IMG/VR virus record: IMGVR_UViG_3300037883_000122
Coordinates: 1-64,000 of that record
Length of the DNA stretch: 64,000 nucleotides
Strand: one strand, 5' to 3'
Origin: a virus
Shown here: one piece after another, positions 10,096 to 18,458 of the stretch
Position numbering within the stretch: position 1 is the stretch's first letter
Layout of the letters: each line of letters starts with the position of its first letter
Translations under genes and position numbers: made by a program
Notes under the pieces: generated by a model
The model's database searches: none
What the model saw: only the letters and a program-made list of their open reading frames with translations
What the model was told of the DNA's origin: nothing

Positions 10096-12171
10096 ATGGT
10101 GAATTTACAAGGTGGTCAGCTGCCTGCAGACCCGTACAACGCGGAACGGCAGCCTCTGCAGGGTATCTCGATCGGTAATCCCCCATTCGTCCCGCAGTTC
10201 AATGCGCCGGGATTCATGGGTGATCTGATCCCTGTGATTGCTGGTGCAATTGCGACGGACATTCAGGAGAACGCGCTGCGCACGCCCGCGCGCATGTTCA
10301 CGTATAACCTGGTGTCGCGCAACGCCTTCCAGAACGAAATCTTTGCAGGTCTCGTAATCGGAGTGACGGACTGGGTCTGTCTGGCGCTGGCAGATCGTAA
10401 GTTCCAGAACCCAGAACAAGCAGCGCAGGCACTCGTGCCGAAGATGGTCGAGATGTTCGTGGCCATCCAGATTCTGCAGTACCAGGAGTTGCAGAAGGAC
10501 TGCCCGCCGCAAGCGCAGCAGACCGTCGAGAACCTGGGTCGGATCTGGACCGAGTTGCAAAACGAAATCCCGCAGTTCAAGGCATCCAATGTCTACGCGC
10601 AGATGATGCAAGGCGGCTTCGGCGGCGGGAATGTCGGTGGTGGTTGGGTGCAGCAACAGCAAGGCAACCGTTGGGGTGGCGGTGGTCAGGCTGGTGGTCA
10701 GTGGGGTGGAGGCGGTGGTCAGAACCAGGGTGGACGTTGGGGCTCGGGTAACCAGGGCGGTGGCTGGCAGGGCAACCGTCAAGCACCACGTCAATTCACG
10801 GGGATGAACGCCGGTAACACGGGTCTGTTCACGGGCGGTGGCGGCGGCACAGCCGAGGGTAGCAGCTCGGATCGCTTCAACACGGATCGTTTCGCGAGCC
10901 GTGGCGATGCTGCGCAACAACAGCACAAGCCGGACCCCAATTCGTCCTGGGTGCCGAAGAACGCTCCGTCGGAGAAGGTCGACAAGATGACCGTGGCGGC
11001 AACAGCGCCAGTGCAGCAGGTGGAAACGAAACCGGTGCAGAACGAGCCGGAACACATCGACACCACCAAACTGAAGTGGCGTCCGTCGTTGTCCCAGCCG
11101 TATGCGCTGGCGTACAACCCGCGTACGCAACTGATGTATCTGCAACAGCAAGCCGACGGCACTGTTCTCCAGCTCGTGAAAGAAAGGACGGAAATTCCCA
11201 TGGACCGTGAAAAGCATCGCCTACCCACAACCTTCGGTAGCGCACCGAAGAACGTCGATACCAGCAAGTCTGCCGAATCGCTCCAACGCGTGAAGGCTGG
11301 CGTGAAGGAACTGACGGCAGTGGTCGGCGACGGTGAAGCGGGCGAAGAACCGCCGAAGCGTCCGTTGGTGCAGGTGATCGAAGATGCATGGGTGCTGGAA
11401 ACGTCGGAAACCCTGGCGTGGCTGCAAGGTACCCTGAAGTGCATGGCAACGGTGAAGGACTCGCAAGTGCCGGACGTGTTCCGTGTGCGTGCGCAAGTGG
11501 CCGAGCCGTTCGTCGCAGCAGTGGACGAACGTGGTGCGATCCAGTCCTTTGCAGAAGCGAAGTCGTACTCGGAACTGCGCGAGATGATGTTGTCGGTGGA
11601 AGGTGCGATGTCGGCGGCGCTGTATCAGGCCGTCAACCTGCGCATGACCGATGTCATCAATCGCGTGCTGGGCCAGAGCCTGTCGATTCCGGATATCCGC
11701 ATCACGTCGTTCGTCGACGACGCGGAAGATGTGGGTCCGGCGATCGAGCAGTACTACGGTGATGCGTTCTCGAATGCTTTCCTGGGCAACCAGGTGAAGA
11801 ACATTCGCGCAGCGTTTGCCGAGTTCGTCACGGAAGAAGAAGAGGTGCTCCTCACGGAGAACCTGCTGATGGATCGCGAGTATTCGAAGGACAAGGGGCC
11901 GAAGATCACGTATCTCGTCGCCAACTTCACGCTCACGTATCTGAACGTGTCTGCTATCGAGCTCGAGTTGGAACTCGATCCGGCGGACAAGATTGCCTCG
12001 ATGATCACGAGCGATCTGCCGGAGTTGTACGAGCTGGCCCGCAGCATCTTCGAAGCGACGGAAGGCGAGAATTTCCATCGCCATCTGATTCGCACGGCTG
12101 ACGACCATCTGCTGGAAGTCACGCAAGGCCTCATTGGCCAGGACGTGTATCTGATCCGTAAGGTGAAGTAA
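10096..12171 (+). CDS. Conserved hypothetical protein with G/Q/W-rich low-complexity linker
   Basis: 691 aa, AAGGA RBS, host-like codon usage, internal GGW/GGQ repeats. Confidence 0.8.
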   Translation: MVNLQGGQLPADPYNAERQPLQGISIGNPPFVPQFNAPGFMGDLIPVIAGAIATDIQENALRTPARMFTYNLVSRNAFQNEIFAGLVIGVTDWVCLALADRKFQNPEQAAQALVPKMVEMFVAIQILQYQELQKDCPPQAQQTVENLGRIWTELQNEIPQFKASNVYAQMMQGGFGGGNVGGGWVQQQQGNRWGGGGQAGGQWGGGGGQNQGGRWGSGNQGGGWQGNRQAPRQFTGMNAGNTGLFTGGGGGTAEGSSSDRFNTDRFASRGDAAQQQHKPDPNSSWVPKNAPSEKVDKMTVAATAPVQQVETKPVQNEPEHIDTTKLKWRPSLSQPYALAYNPRTQLMYLQQQADGTVLQLVKERTEIPMDREKHRLPTTFGSAPKNVDTSKSAESLQRVKAGVKELTAVVGDGEAGEEPPKRPLVQVIEDAWVLETSETLAWLQGTLKCMATVKDSQVPDVFRVRAQVAEPFVAAVDERGAIQSFAEAKSYSELREMMLSVEGAMSAALYQAVNLRMTDVINRVLGQSLSIPDIRITSFVDDAEDVGPAIEQYYGDAFSNAFLGNQVKNIRAAFAEFVTEEEEVLLTENLLMDREYSKDKGPKITYLVANFTLTYLNVSAIELELELDPADKIASMITSDLPELYELARSIFEATEGENFHRHLIRTADDHLLEVTQGLIGQDVYLIRKVK

Positions 12172-12185
12172 AACGTCCAACGACG

Positions 12186-12225
12186 GGTCTGGGGGGTAAC
12201 TCCCAGACCTTCTTTTTTTATGCCC
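12186..12225 (+). terminator. Intrinsic terminator
   Basis: GGTCTGGG..CCCAGACC stem followed by TTCTTTTTTTATGCCC. Confidence 0.8.
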
Positions 12226-12246
12226 GTGTATGCCTGAGGAGGCGTC

Positions 12247-12690
12247 ATGAATCTCAAGGTCAATGAAGATCTGGAAGCACTGAATGTCCACGATAAGCGG
12301 ATGAACGTGCTGGTGACCGGCGGTAAAGAAGATGATCGCGCTGTTATCCAGGACGTCATCTTCAACGCATTGGAAGGAGCGGGCTTTCGTAGCCTCTATT
12401 ACGAGGCGAACGCTTATAGCGCTGAACCGCCGATGGAAGTCAAGTCGATTCTGGATGCCATGAAGGAACAGAATCCTGCTTTCTTCGACATGCCGATTAC
12501 GATCGAGTCGGCGAATCGCATCTACGATACGGTAGGTGGGACTATTACCGAGGCGTGCGATTTCCCCGAGGAAGTCCCGAACAACGAAGCGTGGCAGCGC
12601 GTAACGGATCGTTTGAATCGCCTCCACGGCAACACCGACCGCGGTCCGCTCGAAATGGAAGTCAACGGCAATATCGTGATTCGCTTCTGA
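12247..12690 (+). CDS. Small paralog family member 1 (degenerate P-loop-like module)
   Basis: GAGGAGG RBS; L..AGF and SILDAMKEQNPAFFDMPITI motifs shared with downstream paralogs. Confidence 0.8.
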   Translation: MNLKVNEDLEALNVHDKRMNVLVTGGKEDDRAVIQDVIFNALEGAGFRSLYYEANAYSAEPPMEVKSILDAMKEQNPAFFDMPITIESANRIYDTVGGTITEACDFPEEVPNNEAWQRVTDRLNRLHGNTDRGPLEMEVNGNIVIRF

Positions 12691-12713
12691 AAGACCAAGG
12701 AAACAAGGAAACC

Positions 12714-13862
12714 ATGAAAGTCATCCCGCAGTACAGCTTGGAACACGCCGAATACTTCGTCGACGGGAAGTTCAATCATGCCGAAAACAAAACGGTCACG
12801 ACAGGTCGCTCCGTTCTCAGTGCCCCGCTCGTCATCGCGAAATCGATTCCGTTTCTCGAACTGGCCAAGACAGATCTACTGCTCGAAGAAAATGTGATTG
12901 ATTCGAAATGGGCGATCGATCCTGAGTACGTGCGGCTGGAATCGGTGGCCATCGAATTCCCTGGCTTGCCCAAGCTCATCAGTTCGCATATCGGTCTGAA
13001 TGTCGAAGAGGCGCTCTTTCGTCCGACCGCGCAACACACACCACACCACCTGCTGATCGTCAAGAAGAAGATCCCGGTGATCGTCGGTTTGTCGGAACTG
13101 GCCGCCTGCAGCAGTTACGACGATCGTGCAGCCCATGCACCGCTGCTGCAATATGCAGCCGAGCAGAACCTGCATCTGGTTTTCTCGATGGAGATCTCGG
13201 GTTCGGTGAACATAGCGACCGGCACGGTTCGTCTTTTGTCGAACTCGTTCGATCTCGTGTCGATTCTGGACCACGCAGGCAGACTGCTTGAAGCCACGAA
13301 CAGTGCAGAAATCAATAAACTGCGCGAGTACGTGAAAGACGCACATCCGCGCGGCTACTCGTTGGATGCGAACTGGCTACAGACGAACGAAGCCCAGACC
13401 TATCAGTTCGAGATGGGTGACCCGAATCCAATCGGTCGCGGCATGGCACTCCTGGTGCGCGGTTATCTGTTGTCGGCTCCTTCGGTCGGCTACGCAGCAG
13501 AGATCACCGAACCCTCGGTGAGCAAGGTCGGTGCCACCAAACTCTACCTACAGCCTGATCGTACCTCGGAACCGGAATGGTACGTGACGATCGAGGAAGG
13601 CTTTGAGTTGTCGCCGGGTGAGTGCAACATCGCGTTCCATGCTCACGGCACGGAATGGGCCAACGTACTGGACGATAACAACGAAACGATCAAGCGCTGG
13701 AAAGAGCTCGGTCGTTGGGAAAGTATCGCACCCGGCGCGTACGGTTTGTGGGTCGAAGCAATCGCGCAATTCCTGCTGGATGGCGAGGAGTATTATTTGA
13801 CGAACACGTTGCCGGATACGATTCCCGAAGGTGTGGGGTATCGCGCAACTGACAACGGTTAA
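12714..13862 (+). CDS. Major-capsid internal-domain paralog fused to an uncharacterised domain
   Basis: ATG 12714 with AAGGA RBS. Residues 1-219 align to capsid residues ~235-445; the C-terminal half resembles ORF 13896..14297. Confidence 0.8.
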   Translation: MKVIPQYSLEHAEYFVDGKFNHAENKTVTTGRSVLSAPLVIAKSIPFLELAKTDLLLEENVIDSKWAIDPEYVRLESVAIEFPGLPKLISSHIGLNVEEALFRPTAQHTPHHLLIVKKKIPVIVGLSELAACSSYDDRAAHAPLLQYAAEQNLHLVFSMEISGSVNIATGTVRLLSNSFDLVSILDHAGRLLEATNSAEINKLREYVKDAHPRGYSLDANWLQTNEAQTYQFEMGDPNPIGRGMALLVRGYLLSAPSVGYAAEITEPSVSKVGATKLYLQPDRTSEPEWYVTIEEGFELSPGECNIAFHAHGTEWANVLDDNNETIKRWKELGRWESIAPGAYGLWVEAIAQFLLDGEEYYLTNTLPDTIPEGVGYRATDNG

Positions 13863-13895
13863 GTCAGAGACCATCCTGAAAGGAGTAAGTGACGC

Positions 13896-14297
13896 ATGAG
13901 CGCCCGTAAGAACCCTGTCCTTCCCGTGACTGTTTCGATGGCTGATAACGTGCCGAATCCGTTCGGTTACGCGATCATGGGAATCCTGCAGGCTAAGCTG
14001 TTAGCAGTGCGTTCGGTATTTCCGAACATCCAGCTGAAAACTATGTACGTGTGTGAGACGCCGGATGAAATGGCCCACACCCAGTTCTGCTTCCTGGATC
14101 TGAATCGCATGGGAGACAAAATCCCCTATGTGACGATGAGTGAGTACCAGGACCCAGACGGTGAAGTCCGCTACGATCTCTGGTTACACCAGGACGGTCG
14201 AGTGGAAGAACTCTTCGTCGAGGCGATTATCGAAGAAGTAGTTGTGGCTGCCAATACCGTCTGGACGCACCTCAAACCGCAGGCGCTCTCGAAGTAA
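13896..14297 (+). CDS. Hypothetical protein, paralogous to the C-terminal domain of 12714..13862
   Basis: AAGGAG RBS; MADNVPNPFGYAIMGILQAKLL compared with MGDPNPIGRGMALLVRGYLL. Confidence 0.7.
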   Translation: MSARKNPVLPVTVSMADNVPNPFGYAIMGILQAKLLAVRSVFPNIQLKTMYVCETPDEMAHTQFCFLDLNRMGDKIPYVTMSEYQDPDGEVRYDLWLHQDGRVEELFVEAIIEEVVVAANTVWTHLKPQALSK

Positions 14298-14368
14298 AAC
14301 TTACGACCCCGAACCATCAGATGGAGAGCGCTCCGGCGTTCTCCGTCTTATGAACCCAGCGAGGAAAG

Positions 14369-14818
14369 ATGAGTCCCGAAGACATCAACATCACCGTCGA
14401 AGCCCAAGGCGCAGAAACACGCCAACTGGTTGCGAGTTTGATCTCCAACCGTCTGACGGAGGCGGGCTTCACGAACGTCGACGTGGGTCTCGCGACCCGC
14501 GAAGACAAAACGAGCACGCCCATCGCCGCGGAAGCGATGCCGTCGTTGCTCGACGCAATCAAAGAAGCCAACCCGGCTGTGTTCGCACGTCCGGTGAGCA
14601 TTCTGGCCATGCCCTTTAGCGACATCATCGACGGCGAGCGGATCGTCCACGTGGCGTTGATGAAGGATCGGTCGGATATGGAAGAAGGTCCGGAGCTGGA
14701 GCCGGGCCAAGGTCGTTTGGAAGACGGCACGATCATCGATCTGGCGACCTATGTGTCACCGGACGGAACGCGACTGGCAGAAGCTCTGATCGAAGTCGGC
14801 GCGGGTCAACACGTCTAA
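14369..14818 (+). CDS. Small paralog family member 2
   Basis: GAGG RBS; LTEAGFTNV...SLLDAIKEANPAVFARPVSI. Confidence 0.8.
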   Translation: MSPEDINITVEAQGAETRQLVASLISNRLTEAGFTNVDVGLATREDKTSTPIAAEAMPSLLDAIKEANPAVFARPVSILAMPFSDIIDGERIVHVALMKDRSDMEEGPELEPGQGRLEDGTIIDLATYVSPDGTRLAEALIEVGAGQHV

Positions 14819-14827
14819 GGAGTACGG

Positions 14828-15439
14828 ATGGCACAGGTATCCGAACGCTTCGCTGCCCAAAAGGAACGCATCCTGGAACGTCTTCAGGAAGGCCCCTTAA
14901 CGGCATTAGAAGCCTTGGAGAATTTGGGTGTCATGCGAATGGCTGCCCGAGTTCACGATCTGCGAGCAGACGGTCATCCGATCGTTTGTGAGACTGTCGT
15001 TGTGCCTAACCGATTCTCGGAAGAAAGTCGGGTGGCACGCTACAGCTTGCAGCCCGAACAACATAATCAACCTACGAAGCAGGGAAGTAACATGAGCGAA
15101 GCACTTGACAACAATCCGACGCAAGCCGCAGGCATCATCATTGCCTCGGACAACATCAACCAGCGTCAAGCTATCTCGGTTGCCGTCAGCAAAGGTCTGA
15201 AGGACGCCGGTTTCACCAACGTCACGGTGGTGGTCGACAAGAGCGACGACCCCAGCCGGATCGACGTCACACCCGAAAATGCGGAATCGCTGCTCGGCTC
15301 GATTAAGGCCCTCAATCCCGGCCTCTTCGACGCGCCGATCAACATCCTCGCCGCAACGGGCGGTGGCGCGGGCGCAGAGCTCGTGCAGGACATCATGGCC
15401 GACGCCCAGGAAGACGGCTCGGCAGTGACCACGTTCTAA
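14828..15439 (+). CDS. Winged HTH (HTH_39-like) domain fused in frame to paralog family member 3 (internal start 15092)
   Basis: QKERILERLQEGPLTALEALENLGVMRMAARVHDLRADGHPI...VARYSL, then LKDAGFTNV...SLLGSIKALNPGLFDAPINI. Confidence 0.75.
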   Translation: MAQVSERFAAQKERILERLQEGPLTALEALENLGVMRMAARVHDLRADGHPIVCETVVVPNRFSEESRVARYSLQPEQHNQPTKQGSNMSEALDNNPTQAAGIIIASDNINQRQAISVAVSKGLKDAGFTNVTVVVDKSDDPSRIDVTPENAESLLGSIKALNPGLFDAPINILAATGGGAGAELVQDIMADAQEDGSAVTTF

Positions 15440-15514
15440 GCAGTAATCGTCACCGGCTTGCCCTGCTTCGGCAGGGCAGCTATGCCTCTTTACAACGGAA
15501 ACAAGGAAAAGATC

Positions 15515-15859
15515 ATGTCTCTGGAAGAGCACGAAGAAGCCGCAGCCAGTATTGTCATCAGTGCACGCAGCAGCGACCTTGCCCAGGCTTTGGGTAAGGT
15601 TGTTGGTCATGCGCTGACGGAAGTGGGCTTCAGCAGTGTCACTGTGACCCACAGTGACGAGGAGGGCGAAGAAGCGGTCGATCAAACCGATCTGGAGCAA
15701 GGCAAGTCTTTGCTGGAAGCCATCGCGGATGCGAACCCGGATACGTTCCGTGGTCCGATTGCGATCCACAGCTTCGGCTTGAGCGATGAGACGGATATGC
15801 TCCCGCCGGAAGAATCAGCACACCTCGCCGAGATCATTGCGGAGAACGACGAGGATTAA
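15515..15859 (+). CDS. Small paralog family member 4
   Basis: AAGGA RBS before ATG 15515; LTEVGFSSV...SLLEAIADANPDTFRGPIAI. Confidence 0.8.
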   Translation: MSLEEHEEAAASIVISARSSDLAQALGKVVGHALTEVGFSSVTVTHSDEEGEEAVDQTDLEQGKSLLEAIADANPDTFRGPIAIHSFGLSDETDMLPPEESAHLAEIIAENDED

Positions 15860-15874
15860 CCCGAGGAGAGTAAG

Positions 15875-16363
15875 ATGGAGACGCCAGTCAACATCTTGGT
15901 GGAATCACCCGATCCGCTCAAGGCGAATCTGGTTGGCAAGGCCATCGCACAGAGCCTGAGGGACAGCTATGGCTTTAACACGGTCATGCATGCCCATGTG
16001 TTGGTCGACACACCGGAGAGCCGTTCCTGGACGGTGTCGACTGCTGAGGAGCAGGAGGAGAGTATTCTGCAGGCCATGGTGAATCTCAATCCAAGCATCA
16101 TGGACACGCCTGTTACTGTCCTGAGCCGCGGCAACGACGACACGTCTGAGCCTGACATCTCCAAGATCGACCAGCTGCAAGGGCATCGTGGGATTCTGCT
16201 TCAAGGCATCGGTGACGAAGCAGTAAGCTTTGATGAGCTGCGGGAAAAGGCGTGGCAGGCGGCTCAGCCCACGCTTCGGCCGATGGTCGAGAAGTTCGCC
16301 CAGGAAATGATTGACATGTTCGATAGCTCGGGCTTGTCGGCCACCGGGGTCAAGAAGTTCTAA
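15875..16363 (+). CDS. Small paralog family member 5
   Basis: GAGGAG RBS; LRDSYGFNTV...SILQAMVNLNPSIMDTPVTV. Confidence 0.78.
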   Translation: METPVNILVESPDPLKANLVGKAIAQSLRDSYGFNTVMHAHVLVDTPESRSWTVSTAEEQEESILQAMVNLNPSIMDTPVTVLSRGNDDTSEPDISKIDQLQGHRGILLQGIGDEAVSFDELREKAWQAAQPTLRPMVEKFAQEMIDMFDSSGLSATGVKKF

Positions 16364-16408
16364 TGCAGTAGCGGGTGGAGCAATCCACCCGTCTTAAGGA
16401 GAGAAAAG

Positions 16409-18370
16409 ATGACGAATCGCTTCAAAGCAGGCGTGCGCGTGACCATCGACGGTCACTGCCATACGGGCAAAACAATCCTGATGCAGGCTTTCGCGGCCTT
16501 TCTGGAACAATGTGGCTTTCCGGCGGAACAGATCGCTCAATTGTGCGACACGCATGAAGGCGCGCGTATGAAAGGCCAGGATGCTATCGATTACCTGAAG
16601 AAGGCGATTGCCGACGGTCTCTGGAAGGACAACCAGCTGGTCTTCCTCGAGCGCATCGTACCGCGTGCCTTCCGAGCCGATCCGGCCAAGCCGATGATTC
16701 TCGAGTGGGATGCCATGCCGGATCTGTCGCAACACGCACTGCCGCACAATCCGGCGTTTGCGCTGCCACATTCGCAGGTGGAGTTCGAGATGACGAATCG
16801 GCCTTCGAAAGCAGACGCGGTCCGTAACAGCCTGCTGGTGATGCTGAAGTTCGCGGGTGTGATGGCCGCCATCAAGAACTCGCTGCCGCAGGGTGTGACT
16901 GTTCCCACGGATGTCGAGGAATGGATCGCGAAGGCCGGGGTCTTCGCAGAACACACTGATCCGGCACGCTTGGATGCTCCGGACGTGATTGCTGAAACGA
17001 ATCGCGACTACTTCAACGTGTGGGCTGCGGGTGGCGACTCAGTCGCAGGACGTGCAGCTCAAAAACGCCTCATGTTCGCCGGAATGGAAGTTCCTGAGAT
17101 CAAGGGTGTGCGTTTTAAGGATTCGTCCAAGCTACTCCAGCCCAAGCGTTTCTGGCAAGCAGGTTCTCCCGGTGCACTGTTGCTCAACGAAGCAGACCCT
17201 GCTGCAGAACTGACAGCCAGTCTGTGTCGTCGTGGTTATCGCGACTTCTTCGAGGAGCACGCGATCGGTAACTTCGACGTCGTCGATCGTGAACGGGCAG
17301 GGTTCTATTACGATCGTGCCCGTGAGGAGCAGGAGCCGAACAATCCGCACCGGGCGATGATGGAAGTGAGTGTCTATCGTAAAGACAGAGTACCCCTGAC
17401 GAAGGAGGCAGTCGAAACCGCTCGTCAGATGCTCTTCCAATACGATCCGCTCATCATCCTGACGGTCAAGCTGCAGAACTCCAGTCTTTCTGGTGCTCAT
17501 GTCTCGGCCAGCAAGCCGTTGTTCAAGAAGCAACCGCGTGGGATGACCTCCGCCATCTTGCATTTCGATGATGCGCCGTTCCAACCGCGCCTGGAAACCT
17601 TGGCGGACATCACCAAGAACCACTTCGCAGTGCGCGCTACGGACGCTCGTCCTTTCACGCCTGAAGGTGGTTGGCCTGCAGACTTTGATGTTGCACCGTA
17701 TCGCCAGCAGATTCATCCGATCACGGGTGAAACGCTGAATCAAATGGCGGATCGCGCTCAACCGTTCATCAAGACGAAGAACCTGGGCGAACATGTCGCA
17801 CTGGACTACTCGGATCTTCCGGCGGATCTGATGTTTGATCCGAAGTGCGGTGTGCGCTGGAAGACGACGGCTGAAATGGCAGAAACGCAGGCTGAAGTGG
17901 ATCGAATCTTCGACGCTGTGCAGGATGGAACCGCACAAATCGTTCGTGATGGTACCGGTGAAGTCATGATGGTGTTTTTGCCGACACCAGCTGATGAAGT
18001 TCGGGTTCTGAATCCGGAACCGAAGCCCGCGTACTTCAGCGGTATTACGGATGATTCTGCGCAGGCATCGGCGGACGTGAAAGACCTGTTCGCTGAAGCG
18101 CCGCCCATCAGCAAAGGCCTTCAGTTGACTCCGGAGCAGTCGCAGCAGTTCGAAGAGCGTCTAGCCAGACCAGCTCCGCCTACCGAAGCAATGAAGAACG
18201 CGCTGGACAAGCTTCGTTTCGGTGCGCCGGTAGTTAACGCAGAGCCGACGGCGTTCAGTGTTCTCGAGGGTGACAAGTCTTCTGTCCAACCAGCACCTAC
18301 CAGCAACCTGACCAAGATCCACGACGGCGGTACGAACGGCAATCGCTTCTTGCCGCCTTCTGACGAGTAA
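16409..18370 (+). CDS. Mosaic protein: N-terminal P-loop module plus antitoxin-like segments
   Basis: AAGGAG RBS; Walker A GHCHTGKT; later segments resemble Phd/YefM and the DUF1778 C-terminal motif. Confidence 0.75.
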   Translation: MTNRFKAGVRVTIDGHCHTGKTILMQAFAAFLEQCGFPAEQIAQLCDTHEGARMKGQDAIDYLKKAIADGLWKDNQLVFLERIVPRAFRADPAKPMILEWDAMPDLSQHALPHNPAFALPHSQVEFEMTNRPSKADAVRNSLLVMLKFAGVMAAIKNSLPQGVTVPTDVEEWIAKAGVFAEHTDPARLDAPDVIAETNRDYFNVWAAGGDSVAGRAAQKRLMFAGMEVPEIKGVRFKDSSKLLQPKRFWQAGSPGALLLNEADPAAELTASLCRRGYRDFFEEHAIGNFDVVDRERAGFYYDRAREEQEPNNPHRAMMEVSVYRKDRVPLTKEAVETARQMLFQYDPLIILTVKLQNSSLSGAHVSASKPLFKKQPRGMTSAILHFDDAPFQPRLETLADITKNHFAVRATDARPFTPEGGWPADFDVAPYRQQIHPITGETLNQMADRAQPFIKTKNLGEHVALDYSDLPADLMFDPKCGVRWKTTAEMAETQAEVDRIFDAVQDGTAQIVRDGTGEVMMVFLPTPADEVRVLNPEPKPAYFSGITDDSAQASADVKDLFAEAPPISKGLQLTPEQSQQFEERLARPAPPTEAMKNALDKLRFGAPVVNAEPTAFSVLEGDKSSVQPAPTSNLTKIHDGGTNGNRFLPPSDE

Positions 18371-18396
18371 CAGTTTTACCATGGCTGTAGTACTTT

Positions 18397-18451
18397 GACG
18401 GCATAGAGCGAGGACCCTAGGGTCCTCGCCTTATGACCGTCTTTTTTTTTT
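18397..18451. terminator. Bidirectional hairpin between convergent genes
   Basis: GACGGCATAG-A-GCGAGGACCC-TA-GGGTCCTCGC-CTTATGACCGTC followed by a T run. Confidence 0.8.
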
Positions 18452-18458
18452 GGTCTAT

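Noticed and set aside
12555-12713. Upstream extensions given by the ORF track (e.g. 12555, 15458, 24383, 44869, 51798, 54215)
   Set aside because: They overlap neighbouring genes or terminators; downstream ATGs with clear RBSs are better starts.
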